A DNA stretch of 64,000 nt from an uncultured Nitrososphaerota archaeon (GTDB lineage Archaea > Asgardarchaeota > Njordarchaeia > Njordarchaeales > Panguiarchaeaceae): assembly GCA_964636085.1 (NCBI GenBank), contig CAZWPQ010000001.1:32650-96649 (forward strand), given 5' to 3'. Positions 30,579-40,039 of the stretch are shown here, one piece after another (position 1 is the stretch's first letter; each line of letters begins with the position of its first letter). The notes beneath the pieces are model-generated. The model saw only the letters and a list, made by a program, of their open reading frames with translations. It was not told the DNA's origin and did not search any database. A program made the translations under genes and the position numbers.

Positions 30579-31139
30579 GTGAGTATAATGGAAAGCAATG
30601 AGTTTGGAAAACAGGAAATAGATTCCCTCCCAAGTATCGCGGAGGTATCAAAAAAAGTTGAAGAAGCACTTAGAGAGCTATTTCAAGAGAACTATAAAAC
30701 TGGCGTCATTAAGTACAAGACAGGGCTATGGATGGTCTTGCCACCTGAGTTTTTCCACTTCCCCCCAGCAATTATCAGTTGCGAACCTCACCCCGATCAT
30801 CCAGATAAAGCTCTGTATGTTGTTGTCTCATTGCGGGTACCCGTACCCTGCGACAATCTCATCGAGGCATTATCTAGACTTAAGAACGTCCAAATATTTG
30901 AGATAGAAAAAATAGGAATAGGAGAGTCATCACAATCAGAATCCTTATGTTTTATCAACGTGGGGGTTAGGATCCATTGTACAAGCGTAATTCATGATAG
31001 ACAATGGTTCCTTATGATGCTCTCCAGCGTGCTAAGAAGCCCAGTGCATATATATCCCAACATCAGGGGAAAAACCGAGGAACAATTAATTCCTATAGAA
31101 TCGCACGAAACCAGGGAGGCGGAGGAGGGTATTTGGTAG
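30579..31139 (+). CDS. Hypothetical protein
   Basis: 186-aa ORF filling the gap; no motif recognised. Confidence 0.55.
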   Translation: MSIMESNEFGKQEIDSLPSIAEVSKKVEEALRELFQENYKTGVIKYKTGLWMVLPPEFFHFPPAIISCEPHPDHPDKALYVVVSLRVPVPCDNLIEALSRLKNVQIFEIEKIGIGESSQSESLCFINVGVRIHCTSVIHDRQWFLMMLSSVLRSPVHIYPNIRGKTEEQLIPIESHETREAEEGIW

Positions 31140-31294
31140 CCTTATCTTGTTTCTTTTTATATTTATGTTTTCTTTTTGGATATGTATCAGATATATCAAA
31201 GAGGTTGCCATTTCGATGGTTAGGAGTAACCTTATCTCGTTTAGAATAGCTATATATTTGGTTTTTCCTTACATAACTCACATGGGTAACTACC

Positions 31295-31642
31295 ATGGCG
31301 GGTCGTAGCGAGAGGGAAATTAAAAAGCTTAGGGATGAGATCGAGAAACAAATTAATGTGATTAAGCGAACAGGAAAACTTAAATATGGATACAACAACA
31401 CTGTTAAGGCCATTCAGAGAGGCGAAGCAAAAGTTGTAATCATAGCATCAGAGGCCCCCTATGAAATGAGGACTATAATTCAGTACCTCTGCGCTTTGAC
31501 CCAGACACCTATTGTAGAGTTCCCTGGTACAAGCGCACAGCTTGGTGTGGCTTGTCGACGCCCCCATCTTATATCCTCAGTCGTTGTCATGGATACTGGA
31601 GCATCAAACATTCTTGACTTAGCAAAGGTTTTAAGCATATAG
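31295..31642 (+). CDS. rpl30e: Ribosomal protein L30e
   Basis: TGKLKYG, AKVVIIA, LGVACRRPH. Confidence 0.93.
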   Translation: MAGRSEREIKKLRDEIEKQINVIKRTGKLKYGYNNTVKAIQRGEAKVVIIASEAPYEMRTIIQYLCALTQTPIVEFPGTSAQLGVACRRPHLISSVVVMDTGASNILDLAKVLSI

Positions 31643-32076
31643 TGATGACTATGGAATTGAGAGTAGAGGATCCAAAAATCTTTCAAATAGTTACTCTGTT
31701 TGGGACATTGGGGATTTGCCCAAAGGATTTCTATGAGACTGATGATAGGATATCCATATTGCTGGACGAAGAACACTTGCCTAGTCTACCAGAAGTACGA
31801 AACATGCTAGTTTATGTTAAAAAAATCACGAAAAAGAAAGCAGACGTGGTCTTCTACTCCGATGATATCAAAAAATTTTGTGAATACTTATTTCATCCAG
31901 CTAAAATAAGGAAAATTGAACAAAGAAACTCACGAAAGGGAAAAATTCTGATAGTATATGTAAACTTTTGGCAGAAGGGTATGGCTTTAGGCGCCAAATC
32001 TTATAAACTATATCGCGCCCGATTTTTCATAAAGAAGTACTTCCCGGAGGTAGAAAACGTATACATACAAGCATAG
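31642..32076 (+). CDS. nusA: Archaeal NusA (divergent)
   Basis: Follows rpl30e; YSDD..KF...LF.PA, KGMALG. Confidence 0.72.
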   Translation: MMTMELRVEDPKIFQIVTLFGTLGICPKDFYETDDRISILLDEEHLPSLPEVRNMLVYVKKITKKKADVVFYSDDIKKFCEYLFHPAKIRKIEQRNSRKGKILIVYVNFWQKGMALGAKSYKLYRARFFIKKYFPEVENVYIQA

Positions 32077-32092
32077 GAAAGCAGAAAAAAGA

Positions 32093-32305
32093 TTAGAGTG
32101 TTAAAGCTTGACTCAAAATTACTTTCAGCGCATTCTCATCCAAGAGGCCCTTTATTATGTTCTTATTTTTATTCATCACAATCTGTATTTGGGTTCTAAG
32201 AGCTTCCCTCACAAATTCAGAGCGTGAACTATAGAGACCCGCATCAACGAAAATATCGATTATCTCAATCAGTTTTCTCGGAACCTTAACAGTTAATACA
32301 CGCAT
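32093..32305 (-). CDS. Ribbon-helix-helix (CopG/CdrS-like) protein
   Basis: LTVKVP...G.YSSRSEFVREALR. Confidence 0.82.
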   Translation of the reverse strand: MRVLTVKVPRKLIEIIDIFVDAGLYSSRSEFVREALRTQIQIVMNKNKNIIKGLLDENALKVILSQALTL

Positions 32306-32465
32306 ACCATTTTGATACAACCTGTTCACCAGATAAATCATACAAGGGAGATACGCCAATAATCCTTTGATAATTCACTTATAAAGCCTAGAGAATTTAA
32401 AAATGTATGGGTTGTGACTAATAAAAAAGGAGAATAAATGCATATCACTATTATATGTGACATGA

Positions 32466-33476
32466 ATGCTCATATACAGAGTTTCACTAGATGGTAACCA
32501 TACACAACTGGCTAAGTTGGAATTATACTCTCTTATAAACGCTTATGGGATTAACATCGATGCGATAGATCTACCTCCACGCTCATTGATTCTACGCACA
32601 AATCAGCCTTTAGAATGCGTTTTATGGAGAGCATCCATGATTACAAGCGCCGAGAGAGTGTTAAATTCTGACCCCAATGATGTTGATTGGTTGTCGATAT
32701 TTTCTTCATATTATTCCAATCCATGTATCAGGATTCCATTTACATTTATGATAAAGCATAGAGATAAGGACTGTGATGTCTCTATCAACAATGTTGTGAA
32801 AGTCATATACAAAAAAGTACCCATAGCTAGGGTTTCCCTTGACTACCCCCAGATCATACTTTCTATAAGACGCCTCATCGATGAGGACTACATATGCATG
32901 AGCTTGCCCACTGGAAGGGATCTCATACTTCATAGGCAATTAAAGTATAGGCCCTATGCACCATCTACAGCCATGGAGAGCTTGCTATCTCGTGTACTTG
33001 TAAATTTGTCTCAGCTTGTCCCTAGGGAAACATTTTTAGATCCATTTTGTGGAACTGGCTCTTTACTTATTGAGGCAAGTCTTATTGGGCTTAGGGCTAT
33101 TGGTTCTGATATTAATCCAAGACTTATAGGATACGCAAAAATGCTATTATCCTACTATAATACTAATGCCGACGTTAGGGTTGCCGATGCAAAATCATTA
33201 CCCTATGATGATGGAACTATTGATGGCATCTCCACGGATCCTCCTTATGGTATTAGTTCTCATGTTCACGAGGGGTCTCTTGAGGAACTATATCGTAGTT
33301 TTCTGAGAGAAGCAATTAGAGTCCTCAAACGTGGCCGCTATTTAGTTATATGTTACATACCTAGGATAAAGCTCGAGAAAATGGCTATTGATTCTGGATT
33401 TGAGATTATTTATACATATTCAATGCGTGTCCATTCCAAACTCACTAGATTGGTCTCAATTCTGCGAAAGAAGTAG
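32466..33476 (+). CDS. tRNA (guanine-10 N2) methyltransferase TrmG10/Trm11
   Basis: THUMP-like N-terminus, DPFCGTGS, TDPPYG, RVHSKLTR. Confidence 0.88.
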   Translation: MLIYRVSLDGNHTQLAKLELYSLINAYGINIDAIDLPPRSLILRTNQPLECVLWRASMITSAERVLNSDPNDVDWLSIFSSYYSNPCIRIPFTFMIKHRDKDCDVSINNVVKVIYKKVPIARVSLDYPQIILSIRRLIDEDYICMSLPTGRDLILHRQLKYRPYAPSTAMESLLSRVLVNLSQLVPRETFLDPFCGTGSLLIEASLIGLRAIGSDINPRLIGYAKMLLSYYNTNADVRVADAKSLPYDDGTIDGISTDPPYGISSHVHEGSLEELYRSFLREAIRVLKRGRYLVICYIPRIKLEKMAIDSGFEIIYTYSMRVHSKLTRLVSILRKK

Positions 33477-34196
33477 ATTTACTGTCCTCTTTATCAGTCC
33501 AATCAGACTATGCGCTTCCCTACCACTCAAGAATGCCCTACCAACAAGATTTTTAATGATACCTTTGTATATCTCTTTCTTCGCTTCTGGCATTTCCTTG
33601 AGTACTATTTCTACCAATCTGTAGAATGCATTGATTAATACCTTCTTCTCTAATGCTGTTGCTGGACGATACGGCAACTCTTTGAATGTTTTTAAACTTT
33701 GAGATATCTCGTAAGCCACGATGCTTACTGCGTGTGATAAATTTAGGGTTGGATATTCCATGCTCGTAGGGATAGTAACAACGAAATCACATTTCATCAA
33801 TTCTTCATTCCTCAGCCCCCGCTCCTCATTACCGAAAATAAATGCTATTCTTGAGTCTGCGGGTATTATAATGTCCCTGAGAAACTGTATGGGGACCGCA
33901 ATTCTCAGTGGATTTTTCTCCGAACCAACCCTCGCAGTAGTTCCTATAATACATGTTGGCCTCTCCGACTTAATGAACGCATCTATATTGGGATATATCT
34001 TCACGTTTTCTAATACATCCCTTGCATGCATAGATCTGCATATGGACTCATCATCTACTTCGCATAATGGGTTGATCAGGATAAGCCTGTGAAAACCAAA
34101 GTTCTTTATTGCTCTCGCCGCCATACCCAAATTGCCAGAGTATTTAGTCTCCACTAGAACAAATAGTATCTCAGCCATGCTATCCAATATCGACAC
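33456..34196 (-). CDS. trmJ: SPOUT tRNA 2'-O-methyltransferase TrmJ
   Basis: GNLGMAARAIKNFG, FGNEERGL, YPTLNLSHAV. Confidence 0.9.
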   Translation of the reverse strand: MSILDSMAEILFVLVETKYSGNLGMAARAIKNFGFHRLILINPLCEVDDESICRSMHARDVLENVKIYPNIDAFIKSERPTCIIGTTARVGSEKNPLRIAVPIQFLRDIIIPADSRIAFIFGNEERGLRNEELMKCDFVVTIPTSMEYPTLNLSHAVSIVAYEISQSLKTFKELPYRPATALEKKVLINAFYRLVEIVLKEMPEAKKEIYKGIIKNLVGRAFLSGREAHSLIGLIKRTVNLLLSQN

Positions 34197-34267
34197 CAGT
34201 TCCTATACAAATTTAAGTATATGTTATGATTAAATTGATGTGTAGACTGAAGCATTAGGGGATAGAG

Positions 34268-35353
34268 TTGATTATAACCTACACCTTCCCAAAGCTACGA
34301 ATCGTTTATGAAATTCCGGACTTATATGGCATAGTTCTACAATCTCTTAAAAATATACCACAGGGGAAAATTACGACGTATGGCGAGATAAGTAGGGCGC
34401 TTGGGGACAAAATTGCTGCCAGAGCAGTTGGTTATATTATGGCTACTAATAAATGGCCAGAAATTTTTCCTTGCTATCGAGTCGTTGGAAAAAACGGCGA
34501 GCTTGGAGGGTATAGTCTAGGTATAGAGAAGAAGAAAAGACTTTTGCGAAAGGATGGGATTAAGATTTCTGGTGGTAAGATTTTAGACTTCGAAAATATC
34601 GTCTTAAAATCGGAGCAACTCAAACTACCTCCGGTACTAGAATCTCTTCAGAGGTTACAGAGCTTTCTCTCCAGTAAATTGGATCTTTCTAAATCATTGG
34701 ATAACTTTAACATTGTAGCCTCCCTGGACCTCGGCTACATCAGTGGTCCCCCAGATATAGGCATTGCGACTGCATGCTTATATGATGTTCAACAAAATAA
34801 AGTTCTGTCACTGGGCATCTCGATCGTCCCAGTATTTATGCCCTACATACCCACATACTTGGCCTTTAGAGAACTCCCCTCCGCACTACTTGCCCTTGAA
34901 TCGGTTATAAACTATAGAACCCCAGACATACTTGCTGTTGATGGCCAAGGCATACTTCATCCAAGAAGATTTGGCATAGCTTCACATATTGGTGTGATTA
35001 CCGGCATACCCTCAATAGGAATCGCAAAGAGTATCCTTGTGGGTAAAATCAGGCCCCCTTGGAGAAAACATAATCATATCGAATATGCCCCCATCGAATA
35101 CATGAGCTCCATATATGGATATGCTATTAGAAAAGAAAAACATATGATCATAGTCTCTCCTGGCCATGATGTTTCCATCGAGAGCGCCCTTCAGATAGCA
35201 CTGAATCTTGAGTGGAGGAATCGCGATAAGGAACCCTATGTTATGATGATACCACATATTGTGGCGACTCGGTTTAGGCAATTAATTAAACAAATGCTCG
35301 ATAAGTACACAAAGAAACAAACTGATATTACTGGTTTTCTGACTCAAGCTTGA
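34268..35353 (+). CDS. O6-alkylguanine alkyltransferase - endonuclease V fusion
   Basis: IPQGKITTYG, ARAVG, PCYRV, LGGY; then PYIPTYLAFRE, VDGQGILHPRRFGIASH, GIAK, SPGH. Confidence 0.92.
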   Translation: MIITYTFPKLRIVYEIPDLYGIVLQSLKNIPQGKITTYGEISRALGDKIAARAVGYIMATNKWPEIFPCYRVVGKNGELGGYSLGIEKKKRLLRKDGIKISGGKILDFENIVLKSEQLKLPPVLESLQRLQSFLSSKLDLSKSLDNFNIVASLDLGYISGPPDIGIATACLYDVQQNKVLSLGISIVPVFMPYIPTYLAFRELPSALLALESVINYRTPDILAVDGQGILHPRRFGIASHIGVITGIPSIGIAKSILVGKIRPPWRKHNHIEYAPIEYMSSIYGYAIRKEKHMIIVSPGHDVSIESALQIALNLEWRNRDKEPYVMMIPHIVATRFRQLIKQMLDKYTKKQTDITGFLTQA

Positions 35354-35369
35354 AAAATATTTAAAAAAA

Positions 35370-35597
35370 TTAGACAAAAGAAAGTGCTGAGAACATGAGT
35401 CTAAAAGCATTTATTATGTCATCTTCCCTTAAAGTTCTTCTGTGTGCGTGCTCCATGAATATGAGGGCCCTCCTAGTTATCTCCATGATTATTTTTTCAG
35501 TTATCTCACGTACACGGAGGACTGCCTTCTTAGATATTCTGTCGGCACCAGCCATAGACATGAGCCTTCTAATAGCTCTAAGTGAAAGTTCTGGCAA
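35370..35597 (-). CDS. Archaeal histone
   Basis: AGADRIS, HAHRRTL..DDI; GAGGTG RBS before TTG. Confidence 0.9.
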   Translation of the reverse strand: MPELSLRAIRRLMSMAGADRISKKAVLRVREITEKIIMEITRRALIFMEHAHRRTLREDDIINAFRLMFSALSFV

Positions 35598-35693
35598 GGT
35601 CTAGCACCTCTAATTAATTGGTGCATACATCTGGGATAATTGAAAATATTTATAGTTTTTTACCCAAATCATGGTTATATCGAGGTATTTGGG

Positions 35694-36572
35694 ATGGTAA
35701 ATACGGTTGTCGTTCCATCCGCTGGATATGGTACAAGACTGCTACCAATAACTAAGATAATATCTAAGGCAATTCTTCCGCTGGGAACGATGCCAATTTT
35801 GTCCGATGTGTTATGGGAGGCCTATAATGCTGGAATTAAAAAGGCAATAATAGTTACACATTGGCGTGAAGAAACAATAAAAAATCTCGTACTTGCTGAA
35901 GCCAAAGAACTGGAGGATTGGCTTCAAGGGAAGCGGCGTCTTGATTTAATAAAAAAAATGAAGCAACTTATACCGCCTATGGAGATAGAATTCGTAAGGC
36001 AGGACATTCTTAATGGTCTAGGAGGCGCAATTCTATTGGTAGAGAAATATATCACGGAGCCGTTCGCAGTAATGTTATCCGACAATATAATTTTTGAGGA
36101 AATTAAGGGATCGTTGATGAAAAAAATGATTGATTATTTTAACCAGCATAGAATTGATACTTTGTTATCTGTTGCCGAGGTTCCAAAGGATATGATAAAG
36201 AAGTTTGGTATCATTGGTTACACAAATATACAGAAATACAACAATATGGATATTTACGAAGTTAGCGATATTATAGAAAAACCAGAGCCACCATTAGCCC
36301 CCAGCAATCTCGCAGTCGTAGGTAGATATATTTTTACAACAGAGATATTTGACTATCTGCGTGATGCACCGTTGATAGGCAAGGAAATAGATGAGACTCA
36401 AGCATTCAAAGCTCAAGTTGATTCGGGCAAAAAAGTCTACGCAATGAATATTGGTAATAGGAAATGGTTTGATGTTGGTAGTGTAGAGGGATACTTCAAG
36501 GCATTTGTGATGTATATAAGTAAAAGCGAAGGCATCGAGACTGTTGAAAAATGGTTGAGAGAAACAATATAG
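35694..36572 (+). CDS. galU: UTP-glucose-1-phosphate uridylyltransferase-like nucleotidyltransferase
   Basis: AGYGTRLLPITK, GLGGAI, IEKP, SNLAVVGRY, FDVG. Confidence 0.85.
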   Translation: MVNTVVVPSAGYGTRLLPITKIISKAILPLGTMPILSDVLWEAYNAGIKKAIIVTHWREETIKNLVLAEAKELEDWLQGKRRLDLIKKMKQLIPPMEIEFVRQDILNGLGGAILLVEKYITEPFAVMLSDNIIFEEIKGSLMKKMIDYFNQHRIDTLLSVAEVPKDMIKKFGIIGYTNIQKYNNMDIYEVSDIIEKPEPPLAPSNLAVVGRYIFTTEIFDYLRDAPLIGKEIDETQAFKAQVDSGKKVYAMNIGNRKWFDVGSVEGYFKAFVMYISKSEGIETVEKWLRETI

Positions 36573-37333
36573 CTGCAATAATTGCGGGCTATGTTGATGT
36601 CTCATTAAACGACGTTATAGGGGAAACAAGTTTTGTTGTTTGGTTTTGCGGGTGTAATTTTAGATGTCCATACTGCCAGAATTTTCCTATGGTTATTCTG
36701 AGCCCAAAACTATGCAAGAAGACTTTCCTATCCACTATTATTAGAAGATTGATTGAGGTTAAGAATTTTGTTAATTATATACAAGTGACTGGCGGAGAAC
36801 CTACACTTCAATCTCAACAACTTCAATACATATATGAGAAGGCTAAAGAACTGGGTTTAAAGACATCATTGGATACGAATGGATCAAATCCACAGGTCAT
36901 TGATATTCTTAAGGAGAAAAAACTAATAGATCACCTAGCAATGGATATAAAGTCTCCCCTAAATGTGCATAAGCTTGCCAGAGTCACAGGGTTAGCCGAA
37001 GAAATTGCAAGTATCTACGTCGATAGAATAAAAAAAAGTCTGTCCGTCTCTAAGGAACTAGAATTTGTTGAAATTAGAACCACATATGTTCCTAATTTAC
37101 TCAGCGAGAAGGACATTATAAGGATTGCAATTTTCCTTCAGGAGTATCTGGTAAAGCCGAGGCACTATTATATTCTACAACAATTCATACCGAATGAAAA
37201 TGCTCCAGAGCCCAGCTATAGAAAAGGTAGGGTTGTTGGATTAGAGAAACTATATGCTATTGCAAAGAAGGTAAGAGAATTTCTTCCAAATGTAGCCATC
37301 AGACATATTGGTGGTGTCAAATATATTGATTAA
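36551..37333 (+). CDS. Anaerobic ribonucleotide reductase activating radical SAM protein
   Basis: GCNFRCPYCQN, TGGEPTLQ, LDTNGS, AMDIK, EIRTT, LQQF. Confidence 0.85.
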   Translation: MVERNNIAAIIAGYVDVSLNDVIGETSFVVWFCGCNFRCPYCQNFPMVILSPKLCKKTFLSTIIRRLIEVKNFVNYIQVTGGEPTLQSQQLQYIYEKAKELGLKTSLDTNGSNPQVIDILKEKKLIDHLAMDIKSPLNVHKLARVTGLAEEIASIYVDRIKKSLSVSKELEFVEIRTTYVPNLLSEKDIIRIAIFLQEYLVKPRHYYILQQFIPNENAPEPSYRKGRVVGLEKLYAIAKKVREFLPNVAIRHIGGVKYID

Positions 37334-37367
37334 CCACCAGAATATTGATGTATTGAATATATCCTAG

Positions 37368-37457
37368 TGCCCCGGGCGGGATTTGAACCCGCGATCCCTG
37401 GCTTGAGAGGCCAGTTAGCACACGTGGTGATGCTTGGCCGGTCTACACCACCGGGGC
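37368..37457 (-). tRNA. tRNA-Glu(CTC) with 14-nt non-canonical intron (37415-37428, position 26/27)
   Basis: GCCCCGG/CCGGGGC acceptor stem, CTGGC-CTCTCAA-GCCAG anticodon arm, GGTTCAAATCC; BHB with AGCA/TGCT helix. Confidence 0.92.
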
Positions 37458-37556
37458 ATAATAGGGGTTTGTTTATGGTTTTTACGTTGGTGATGCCCAA
37501 GATAATCATATATCTCACAAAAAAGTATTATAAGCGTTATCTTATTGTTGGCGTTT

Positions 37557-38090
37557 CTATTCATATATAAGTAAATCATTTACCTTCATTTTCAGCATAG
37601 ATAGTTTGCGTTTTGATTCCGGATCCTTGGACTTTATTAGGTCATATATCTGTGGTATTATGTCGTCAAGTTCCTTTCTAATATTATCATCCATCAGATT
37701 TGTCCAGAATTTATGAATCTTGCCCAGGATTCTTCTCATATTGATCTCAAAGAACTCAGGAGACATTTTAAATGACATGACTATTCTTTTGGTATACATT
37801 CTGCTCTTTTCTGGGTCTAGGAAATCTGTTGAGACCTCTGGAAAGAATTCTGTCAGGTATATAAGGAATATGTACTTCGGATCGATTTTCACTCGCGGCG
37901 TACAATAGATCTTGACATCAAGCTCTTCCTTTGTGGAAGGTATAACCACTATTTCGAGTCTGTAATACTCCTTCTCAATAATTTTCGCTTTTTTTCTATA
38001 CTCTTCAAGCTTTAATAGGTTCTCAAGGGAATCTGCTAGTTTTTCAATTTCATTCAATTTTGCCTCTACACTTGCCAACCAATCCTCCAC
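37557..38090 (-). CDS. Hypothetical protein (N-terminal coiled coil)
   Basis: ORF downstream of rpl31e on the same strand. Confidence 0.6.
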   Translation of the reverse strand: MEDWLASVEAKLNEIEKLADSLENLLKLEEYRKKAKIIEKEYYRLEIVVIPSTKEELDVKIYCTPRVKIDPKYIFLIYLTEFFPEVSTDFLDPEKSRMYTKRIVMSFKMSPEFFEINMRRILGKIHKFWTNLMDDNIRKELDDIIPQIYDLIKSKDPESKRKLSMLKMKVNDLLIYE

Positions 38091-38119
38091 AGGGATTGCC
38101 CCCAAACAGGTCACCTATT

Positions 38120-38623
38120 CTAAATTGGAAATACTCGTAGTTCTGCTCGGCATCCTATAGGCTTGCCTTCAGGATCCCTTATAATATCCTCAACCTTTAT
38201 TAGTACTCTGATTCTGACTTTTTTGGGCGGATTTTTGCTTCCTCTAGACCATATAATTTCATTAACTTCTGGGCTTATCCACACTACTGGTTCGGTTATG
38301 CGGACTTTAGCTCTTGTACCTGTAGCCTCGTCTATTGTTGCCTCTACATATTTTATGTGTTTCAGAATAAATTGTTGTAACAACCGTATAGCCCTTCGAG
38401 ATCGCTTCCATAATGGAGCACTTTTTAATAGCTTCGGCGAAAATCTTATGGTCATATATCTTTCATCATCCTTTTCTTCTTGTTTTTCAAGAATAATGGA
38501 TGGAACCTTCTTTGGGCCTCTTCGTCTAGCTTTCCTTTCCTTCTTTTTTGTTTCTCTCATTTCCTTTTTTTCCTCTTTTATTGTGACGGGTTGTTCTGGG
38601 GTCTCCTCCTCATGCATGCTCAA
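38120..38623 (-). CDS. rpl31e: Ribosomal protein L31e (extended)
   Basis: KRSRRAI, VNEIIWSRG..NPPKKVRI. Confidence 0.9.
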   Translation of the reverse strand: MSMHEEETPEQPVTIKEEKKEMRETKKKERKARRRGPKKVPSIILEKQEEKDDERYMTIRFSPKLLKSAPLWKRSRRAIRLLQQFILKHIKYVEATIDEATGTRAKVRITEPVVWISPEVNEIIWSRGSKNPPKKVRIRVLIKVEDIIRDPEGKPIGCRAELRVFPI

Positions 38624-38627
38624 CCAC

Positions 38628-38783
38628 CTATAGTTTCAGTCTAGTTCTCCTCCAATTTCTTTGGGAGGGCGACCTCATTACCCTAAAATTTGTCTTTATA
38701 CGGATAAATAGAGGGGGCATCCTATTAGATTTTAAAGCACGACCAAGCCTAAGTTTTTTTGCCAATGGTTTATAACGAGCCAT
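38628..38783 (-). CDS. rpl39e: Ribosomal protein L39e (missing from ORF track)
   Basis: MARYKPLAKKLRLGRALKSNRMPPLFIRIKTNFRVMRSPSQRNWRRTRLKL; lies between PDCD5 and rpl31e. Confidence 0.93.
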   Translation of the reverse strand: MARYKPLAKKLRLGRALKSNRMPPLFIRIKTNFRVMRSPSQRNWRRTRLKL

Positions 38784-39118
38784 TACTTTCGCCTTATCTC
38801 TATTTTACTCTCACGACTAAATTGTCTCAAATATTGTTTTAAAATCTCTTTAAGTTGAGCATCATTTATGATTCCTCTTAGCCTTCCAGATAGAGCTAAT
38901 GAGATAAGTTGGTTTTCAATAAATGCTCCAAATTCGGGTCTAGCTAACTTAATTCTGGCTAGTCTTTCGCGAGCCTCGCTAGTCAGTATTTGTCTAAGGA
39001 TGGTCTCTCGTTGGATTTCCTCCTGTCTTTTGGCTTCACTTCTTTGTTTTTCTCTCAATAACCTTTCAAGCTCCCGCCGTCTTTTTGCCAATAGTAATTC
39101 CAGCTCTTCGTCAGACAT
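38783..39118 (-). CDS. PDCD5-like DNA-binding protein
   Basis: LRQILTSEARERLARIKLARPE, IENQLI. Confidence 0.92.
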   Translation of the reverse strand: MSDEELELLLAKRRRELERLLREKQRSEAKRQEEIQRETILRQILTSEARERLARIKLARPEFGAFIENQLISLALSGRLRGIINDAQLKEILKQYLRQFSRESKIEIRRK

Positions 39119-39251
39119 AGCATAGCACCAAACAACATGTAAGCATACTTATGGACTAAATTTAATATTCTAAAGCTTTAAAATAAATATTGTTGTCATA
39201 AATAGATGTACAATAATTTAAAGATGATCAGATCAAAGTGTGTGAATAGAG

Positions 39252-39554
39252 ATGTTGATACCGAAAACCATGAGGAAATATTGCCCATACTGTGGCTCGT
39301 ATACGGAACACTCGGTGAGTTTATATAAGGCTATTCCGAAAAGGAGAGCACTAGCTAAAGGTCAAAGACGCGCCGAAAGGCGAAGAAAAGGTCATGGAAA
39401 TAAGGGTAGGTATTCGAAGAAGCCTATAACGCAAATAAAAACCCATGCAAAAGTTACAAAAACGGGTGTACTTACTCTAAGATGCAGACAATGTGGAAAA
39501 ATTCGGCATTTATCGTTTGGAAAACGAATGAAAAAATTAGAAATGAAGAGGTAG
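39252..39554 (+). CDS. rpl44e: Ribosomal protein L44e (eL42)
   Basis: YCPYC..YTEH, GQRR, CRQCGK. Confidence 0.95.
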   Translation: MLIPKTMRKYCPYCGSYTEHSVSLYKAIPKRRALAKGQRRAERRRKGHGNKGRYSKKPITQIKTHAKVTKTGVLTLRCRQCGKIRHLSFGKRMKKLEMKR

Positions 39555-39560
39555 GAAGAT

Positions 39561-40022
39561 ATGGCATCGCCATATGATATACCTATAAGTTTATTCATTG
39601 AGGAATTGAAAGAGGAGCTAAAGACCATCAAGGAACTACAACCGCCCGAGTGGTCCCAATATGTTAAGACTGGCATACATAAGGATAGACCCCCCGAACA
39701 AGAGGACTGGTGGTACTATCGAGCCGCATCTATATTATATCAGTTATATCGTCGAGGAATAGTCGGTGTTAATAGACTAAGAAACTATTATGGGGGAAGA
39801 AAAGATAGAGGACATAGGCCTGAAAAAAAGGTTAAAGGAGGCGCAAAAATAGTAAGGACTATTCTCCAACAATTAGAAAAGGCAGGGCTTGTAGAGAAGA
39901 ATATGATTAAACATCCGAAACTTCAGCAGATATGTAGGGGTAGGAAGCTAACTAATGCTGGGATGTCTCTTCTTGATCGCATCGCTACACGATTAGCAAG
40001 GGAATTAGGAATATTAAAATGA
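39561..40022 (+). CDS. rps19e: Ribosomal protein S19e
   Basis: PEWSQYVKTG, WWYYRAAS, YGG, LQQLE. Confidence 0.96.
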   Translation: MASPYDIPISLFIEELKEELKTIKELQPPEWSQYVKTGIHKDRPPEQEDWWYYRAASILYQLYRRGIVGVNRLRNYYGGRKDRGHRPEKKVKGGAKIVRTILQQLEKAGLVEKNMIKHPKLQQICRGRKLTNAGMSLLDRIATRLARELGILK

Positions 40023-40039
40023 CCTAGGGGACACATCTA

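Noticed and set aside
31200-31235. Hairpin upstream of rpl30e as an autoregulatory K-turn
   Set aside because: No clear tandem GA pairs, and it probably lies upstream of the TATA-like box
37330-37570. Two short ORFs
   Set aside because: They overlap the tRNA-Glu gene
38634-38692. Apparent C/D sRNA (GTAATGA...CTGA, minus strand)
   Set aside because: Lies inside the rpl39e coding sequence and the internal boxes are poor
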